Shown in pieces: positions 59,804-64,000 of a DNA stretch of 64,000 nt. The translations under genes were made by a program, and so were the position numbers. The DNA comes from Candidatus Izemoplasmatales bacterium (lineage in GTDB: Bacteria; Bacillota_I; Bacilli_A; Izemoplasmatales; Hujiaoplasmataceae): positions 128,001 to 192,000 of the forward strand of contig JBMNEZ010000001.1 of the NCBI GenBank assembly GCA_050949045.1, in the 5' to 3' direction. How positions within the stretch are numbered: position 1 is the first letter of the stretch; the number at the start of each line of letters is the position of its first letter. Under the pieces are notes generated by a model, which searched no databases, had not been told where the DNA came from, and saw only the letters and a program-made list of their open reading frames with translations.

Positions 59804-60220
59804 ATGAAATCTTATCGCAAGGAACTATGGTTCCATACCGACAAAAGGCGGGCCTACATCAACATCACTCATCAAGTTGAGGCCTGCATTAGGGAAAGCG
59901 GCGTCAGCGAAGGCCTGGTTTTGGTCAACCCGATGCATATCACCGCCAGTGTTTTCATCAACGATGATGAAAGTGGTCTGCATCATGATTTTGAGAGATG
60001 GCTTGAAAAACTCGCCCCCGAGAAACCATATAGTCAATATGAGCACAATGGCTATGAGGATAATGCGGATGCCCATTTAAAAAGACAGATCATGGGCAGG
60101 GAAGTAGTCTGTGCAATCACCGCTGGGAAACTTGATTTCGGCACCTGGGAACGGATCTTCTATGCCGAGTTCGACGGCAAGCGGGACAAGCGCGTGCTTG
60201 TCAAGATTATTGGCGAGTAA
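59804..60220 (+). CDS. yjbQ: YjbQ/UPF0047-family protein
   Basis: [31 protein letters not shown]. Confidence 0.9.
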   Translation: MKSYRKELWFHTDKRRAYINITHQVEACIRESGVSEGLVLVNPMHITASVFINDDESGLHHDFERWLEKLAPEKPYSQYEHNGYEDNADAHLKRQIMGREVVCAITAGKLDFGTWERIFYAEFDGKRDKRVLVKIIGE

Positions 60221-60280
60221 GTTGCCAGGAAAAAATATGGTGTAGATAGATTTTGATCAAGAACAAAGACTCAAAGTGTT

Positions 60281-60311
60281 AAAAAACTCTCGGATGATCC
60301 GAGAGCTTTTC
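60281..60311. terminator. Bidirectional terminator between convergent genes
   Basis: aaaaaa-ctctcgga-tga-tccgagag-ctttt. Confidence 0.75.
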
Positions 60312-62291
60312 TTATTTGCCGGTTTTGTTTTTCTTGGATGACAGATAGAGACTGTTGACTTTGTTGAGGCGGTCCATCACCTTCATTGCTTGTAAGCGGA
60401 AAGCCTCGATAGCCTGATCGTCAGCCGAATAGGGATCGTAGATAATCTCATAGCCATCGTTCGAGAACAGGGCATCGGTGAAGATAGATGAAAGTTTATG
60501 GGAGTAGAAAATCTGTTCTGATTCAAGGAACACCGAATCACCGAGATACTTGTCCTCATTGAAGGGGATGCCGAGGAGATCAAGGAGGGTGGGAACGATC
60601 ACATAGGGAGAAGTGAACTTGGTGATGCTGGTTGATTCGGTCTCAAAGTAATCCAGATATGTCTTTGTGAGGAGAGGATTGTAGATGCACATGAAAGTTT
60701 CATACATTTCGCTCCGGTAATACTCTTCGGCGGTCGTGTCGAAGATAGCGAGTGCCAGTTCATGATAGTAGACATTGTGATCACCATAGATGACGATGAT
60801 CGTATCTTCAATCAGGTGGTTTTCCTCCAAAGAAGCTAAAATTTTGCCAAGAGCAACGTCAAAATCCATGATCGCCGCCTGATAGTGTCTGATCCTGAGT
60901 TGATTTAACTCGGTGCTATCATAAAGAATGTTGAACCAAGTTCCGTCTTCCTTGGCTTGATCGATCAAATCAAAGTATCCGAGTTCCTCAAACAAAACTT
61001 GGTTCTCGGGTCCGTAATTATAAGGACCATGTGAAGAAAAAGAGGTCCAAAAAGAATAGAAGGGCCGATCAGTGTCGATTAATAAGGGCAGGATTTGATC
61101 GAGAGTGATGGAATCGAGAGTGTAATCACCGTCCCATTTTGGCAACGGCAGATCGGGATTAATCTCGTCATGAAAATAACAGTTTTCAAAACCAAGCATC
61201 GGCATCAAATCGCCGCGACCGTAAAAAGAAGGCTCATTGTCATGGAAATAAGAAGTGTTGTATGTGTCATTCAGTAATTCGGCGAGAGAGAACGAGAAAT
61301 CATAATCATAGAGCGAAGGGCTGAAGTTTACTGAAGGGTAGTTGCCGGCAATTGCAATCATCTCGGATTGATTGGTCTTGTTTTCCGAGTAGTTGTTGGC
61401 GAAATACAGCCCTTCGCGGGTCAGCCGATAAAGATTAGGCGTCAGATGCTCGTTGACGGCGAACGATTGTCCGGATTCGAGCATGATCGTGATGATGTTT
61501 TTGCCTTCAAGAAGACCGAAGAAAGGCGATTTTTCAAATACCAGCAGAGGGCCGGTGGTCTTTGTTGATTTGGTTGTCTCGATTGGAACTTTAGGTTCAG
61601 TCGTCACTAGGGGTTCTATCGGGATAGTCGCAGTCGGTTCCGGTTCACTGTCATCGATGAAATGGCTCAAAGCGATGATGTTTTGTGATTCCTTGAAATA
61701 GTATCCAAGTAGCCCATAACTTTCCAGATTCGCTCTTTTGAAAGCGGTAATATTCTCAATCTCATTGTATCTTTTCATCAAGGGAGTTTCGCTGGTGAAA
61801 TAACCGACAAGAACTAGGGCGATGAAAGCAAAAGCGACCAACGCGTTACGATAATAATTGGTGATTTTCGGACGTTTTTTGATGATGGTAATCAAAACGA
61901 TATTCACCGCGATAAAGACGAGCAATACAATAGTACCGGTGATAATGCTCGGGATGGAGAGAAAGTCGAAGTTGAAAACAGCTTGGGCTTCGTCGAGCAA
62001 CTGGAGTTGCTGGAGAGTGAACAGGTCGAAATTGACACCGTACATGGTCGCATTAATTAGAAACAATGACAAGATGAAAGTAAAAACAAGCGATAGATAA
62101 GCTAACGACAGTTTTAAAGATTTGATTAGGAAAATGACTGATGCCAGTCCCAAAGCTAACATAAAGTCGATAATAAGAAATTTGGGAAGGAAAGTGAAAT
62201 TGACCCAGCGGAACGTGATCGCCTCAATAATGATGAAGAACAAGAGGAAGCAAAGGATCACGCTGCCTTTTTGTAAAAGCAGTCTTTTCAT
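60312..62291 (-). CDS. LTA-synthase/sulfatase-superfamily membrane protein
   Basis: 5 N-terminal TM segments; NIITIMLES, TPNL, KTNQSE (Thr nucleophile position), SSHGPY, YGDH; AAGGAG RBS. Confidence 0.82.
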   Translation of the reverse strand: MKRLLLQKGSVILCFLLFFIIIEAITFRWVNFTFLPKFLIIDFMLALGLASVIFLIKSLKLSLAYLSLVFTFILSLFLINATMYGVNFDLFTLQQLQLLDEAQAVFNFDFLSIPSIITGTIVLLVFIAVNIVLITIIKKRPKITNYYRNALVAFAFIALVLVGYFTSETPLMKRYNEIENITAFKRANLESYGLLGYYFKESQNIIALSHFIDDSEPEPTATIPIEPLVTTEPKVPIETTKSTKTTGPLLVFEKSPFFGLLEGKNIITIMLESGQSFAVNEHLTPNLYRLTREGLYFANNYSENKTNQSEMIAIAGNYPSVNFSPSLYDYDFSFSLAELLNDTYNTSYFHDNEPSFYGRGDLMPMLGFENCYFHDEINPDLPLPKWDGDYTLDSITLDQILPLLIDTDRPFYSFWTSFSSHGPYNYGPENQVLFEELGYFDLIDQAKEDGTWFNILYDSTELNQLRIRHYQAAIMDFDVALGKILASLEENHLIEDTIIVIYGDHNVYYHELALAIFDTTAEEYYRSEMYETFMCIYNPLLTKTYLDYFETESTSITKFTSPYVIVPTLLDLLGIPFNEDKYLGDSVFLESEQIFYSHKLSSIFTDALFSNDGYEIIYDPYSADDQAIEAFRLQAMKVMDRLNKVNSLYLSSKKNKTGK

Positions 62292-62395
62292 CGCGATACT
62301 CCTTAATTGAGAGTATTATAGCATTATCTTGTTTATTAATACACCAAATGCATTTATATTGGCAAGAAATATTTGTTATTTCCAGTAAAAAAGGG

Positions 62396-64000
62396 TCAGA
62401 TTCCGACCCTTTGTTTCAACAATTCAAGTTGCACTGCCAATGGTTCTGGCAACAAGTCTCCATATATTTTGTAGTGTTCCTCAATCAAGGCGATTTCCGC
62501 TTTCCAGGCATTCTTGTCGATCTCGAACAGTTGGTCGATTACTTCCCGGTCGATTTCGAGTCCTTCAAGATCGAGTTCTCCCGGCGCGGGGATGATGCCC
62601 ACCGGCGTGGGCGATCCCTTCGTCGTTCCTTCTGATTGCTCGAATACCCATTTGAGAACGCGGCTGTTTTCGCCGAAACCCGGCCAAAGATACTTTCCAT
62701 TCTTGGATTTGCGGAACCAGTTGATGCAGAAAATGAGCGGCAGTTTATCCTTCGAGGTGAGTTTACCCATCTTCAGCCAGTGCTCGATGTAATCGGCGAT
62801 ATGATAACCGATGAAAGGCAACATCGCAAAGGGATCGCGTCTGATTTTGCCGATTTGATCAGAGATGGTCGCGGCGGTGATCTCCGATCCCATGATCGAA
62901 CCGAGGAAGACGCCGTGTTCGTAATCGTAGCTTTGATAGATCAGAGGGATTGTCGTCGGCCTGCGGCCGCCAAACAGCATCGCCGCGATCGGAACTCCTT
63001 CGGGGTCTTCCCAGTTGTCGGCGATCGAGGGACAATTCCTTGCTGGAGCGGTGAAGCGGCAATTCGGATGGGCTGCTTTTGTCCCCAGATCGGGATACCA
63101 GTCGTTGCCGCGCCAGTCGATCAGGTGCGCCGGGGGCGTCTTAGTCATATCCTCCCACCAGACATCACCGTCATCGGTGAGAGCGACATTGGTGAAAATA
63201 GTGTCTTTCTCGATCGTCCTCATCGCATTCGGATTTGAATCCCACGAGGTTCCGGATGCGACTCCGAAAAATCCCGCCTCGGGATTGATGGCGTAGAGCC
63301 TGCCATCATCCTTGTATCTCAACCAAGCGATGTCATCGCCGATGGTTTCGGCTTTCCATCCTTGAAGCGTTGGCTTGATCATCGCCAAGTTGGTTTTTCC
63401 ACAGGCGCTCGGGAAGGCGCCGGTGATATATTTGACCTTTCCCTTTGGAGAAGTGAGTTTCAGTATCAGCATATGCTCTGCCAGCCAGTTTTCCCGGCGT
63501 CCCTGACAGGAGGCAATCCTCAGCGCGAAGCATTTCTTGCCGAGAAGCGCATTGCCGCCGTATCCGGAACCGTAGGACCAAATCATGTTTTCTTCAGGAA
63601 AATGCGCGATGAACTTGTTTTCAATCGGCGTGCATGGCCATAGGGGATCTTCTTGGCCGGGCAGAAGCGGATAGCCGACAGAATGGAGCCCCTTGACAAA
63701 ATCAGCGCCTTGATTGATGAGAGCGAGTACCTTGGCCCCGGTTCTCGTCATAATATGCATATTCAAAACGACATAAGGACTATCGGTTATTTCGACGCCG
63801 ATCTTGGAAAAGAGCGAACCGATCGGTCCCATTGAGAAGGGGATGACATACATGGTCCTTCCACGCATGGAGCCTTGATAATGCCGGTGCATCTCTTCTT
63901 TGAGAATATCGGAACGGATCCAGTTGTTGGTGGGGCCAGCGCTTTTTTCTTCCGCTGTCGCAATGAAAGTCCGTTGTTCAATCCTGGCGACGTCGGAAGG
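62396..64000 (-). CDS. pckG: Phosphoenolpyruvate carboxykinase (GTP), 5' part outside the window
   Basis: Frame open to the window edge ([14 protein letters not shown]); [41 protein letters not shown]. Confidence 0.95.
   Translation of the reverse strand, partial: PSDVARIEQRTFIATAEEKSAGPTNNWIRSDILKEEMHRHYQGSMRGRTMYVIPFSMGPIGSLFSKIGVEITDSPYVVLNMHIMTRTGAKVLALINQGADFVKGLHSVGYPLLPGQEDPLWPCTPIENKFIAHFPEENMIWSYGSGYGGNALLGKKCFALRIASCQGRRENWLAEHMLILKLTSPKGKVKYITGAFPSACGKTNLAMIKPTLQGWKAETIGDDIAWLRYKDDGRLYAINPEAGFFGVASGTSWDSNPNAMRTIEKDTIFTNVALTDDGDVWWEDMTKTPPAHLIDWRGNDWYPDLGTKAAHPNCRFTAPARNCPSIADNWEDPEGVPIAAMLFGGRRPTTIPLIYQSYDYEHGVFLGSIMGSEITAATISDQIGKIRRDPFAMLPFIGYHIADYIEHWLKMGKLTSKDKLPLIFCINWFRKSKNGKYLWPGFGENSRVLKWVFEQSEGTTKGSPTPVGIIPAPGELDLEGLEIDREVIDQLFEIDKNAWKAEIALIEEHYKIYGDLLPEPLAVQLELLKQRVGI

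Overview
Bacterial chromosome segment (TGA used as stop, Bacillota-type RBS and promoters). The Thr-rich lipoproteins and gene content suggest a Mollicutes-related Bacilli lineage such as Izemoplasmatales or Acholeplasmatales; this is inference only. Bases 1-42.5 kb form a large glycoside-processing island: five GH3 genes (three membrane-anchored with reversed domain order, two near-identical cytoplasmic copies), GH2, GH78, a GPH-type MFS transporter, two LytTR two-component systems, two CBM-like lipoproteins, GT2, a GtrA-like protein, an Lgt-family protein and glf. Bases 42.7-64 kb hold a duplicated-domain lipoprotein, a SagB-type oxidoreductase, a folate-dependent hut operon, a TetR plus MacB-type ABC transporter, a cyclase-like/SPT-like/SDR operon, NUDIX, YjbQ, an LtaS-like protein and a partial GTP-PEPCK. 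Three observations stand out. (1) 30.7-41.2 kb is a tandem duplication of an ancestral lgt-RR-HK-GH3-gtrA-GT2 operon resolved by reciprocal gene loss, with four short gene vestiges still readable and only GH3 kept twice. (2) A Bacteroidetes-like serine palmitoyltransferase and an SDR sit directly behind a degenerate class III nucleotide cyclase, a candidate sphingolipid operon in an unexpected lineage. (3) Two giant surface GH3s end in a lipobox-like Cys + TM + basic tail, and each is paired with a CBM-bearing lipoprotein. No rRNA, tRNA, CRISPR array or intact mobile element was recognised. All family calls come from motif recognition, not database searches.
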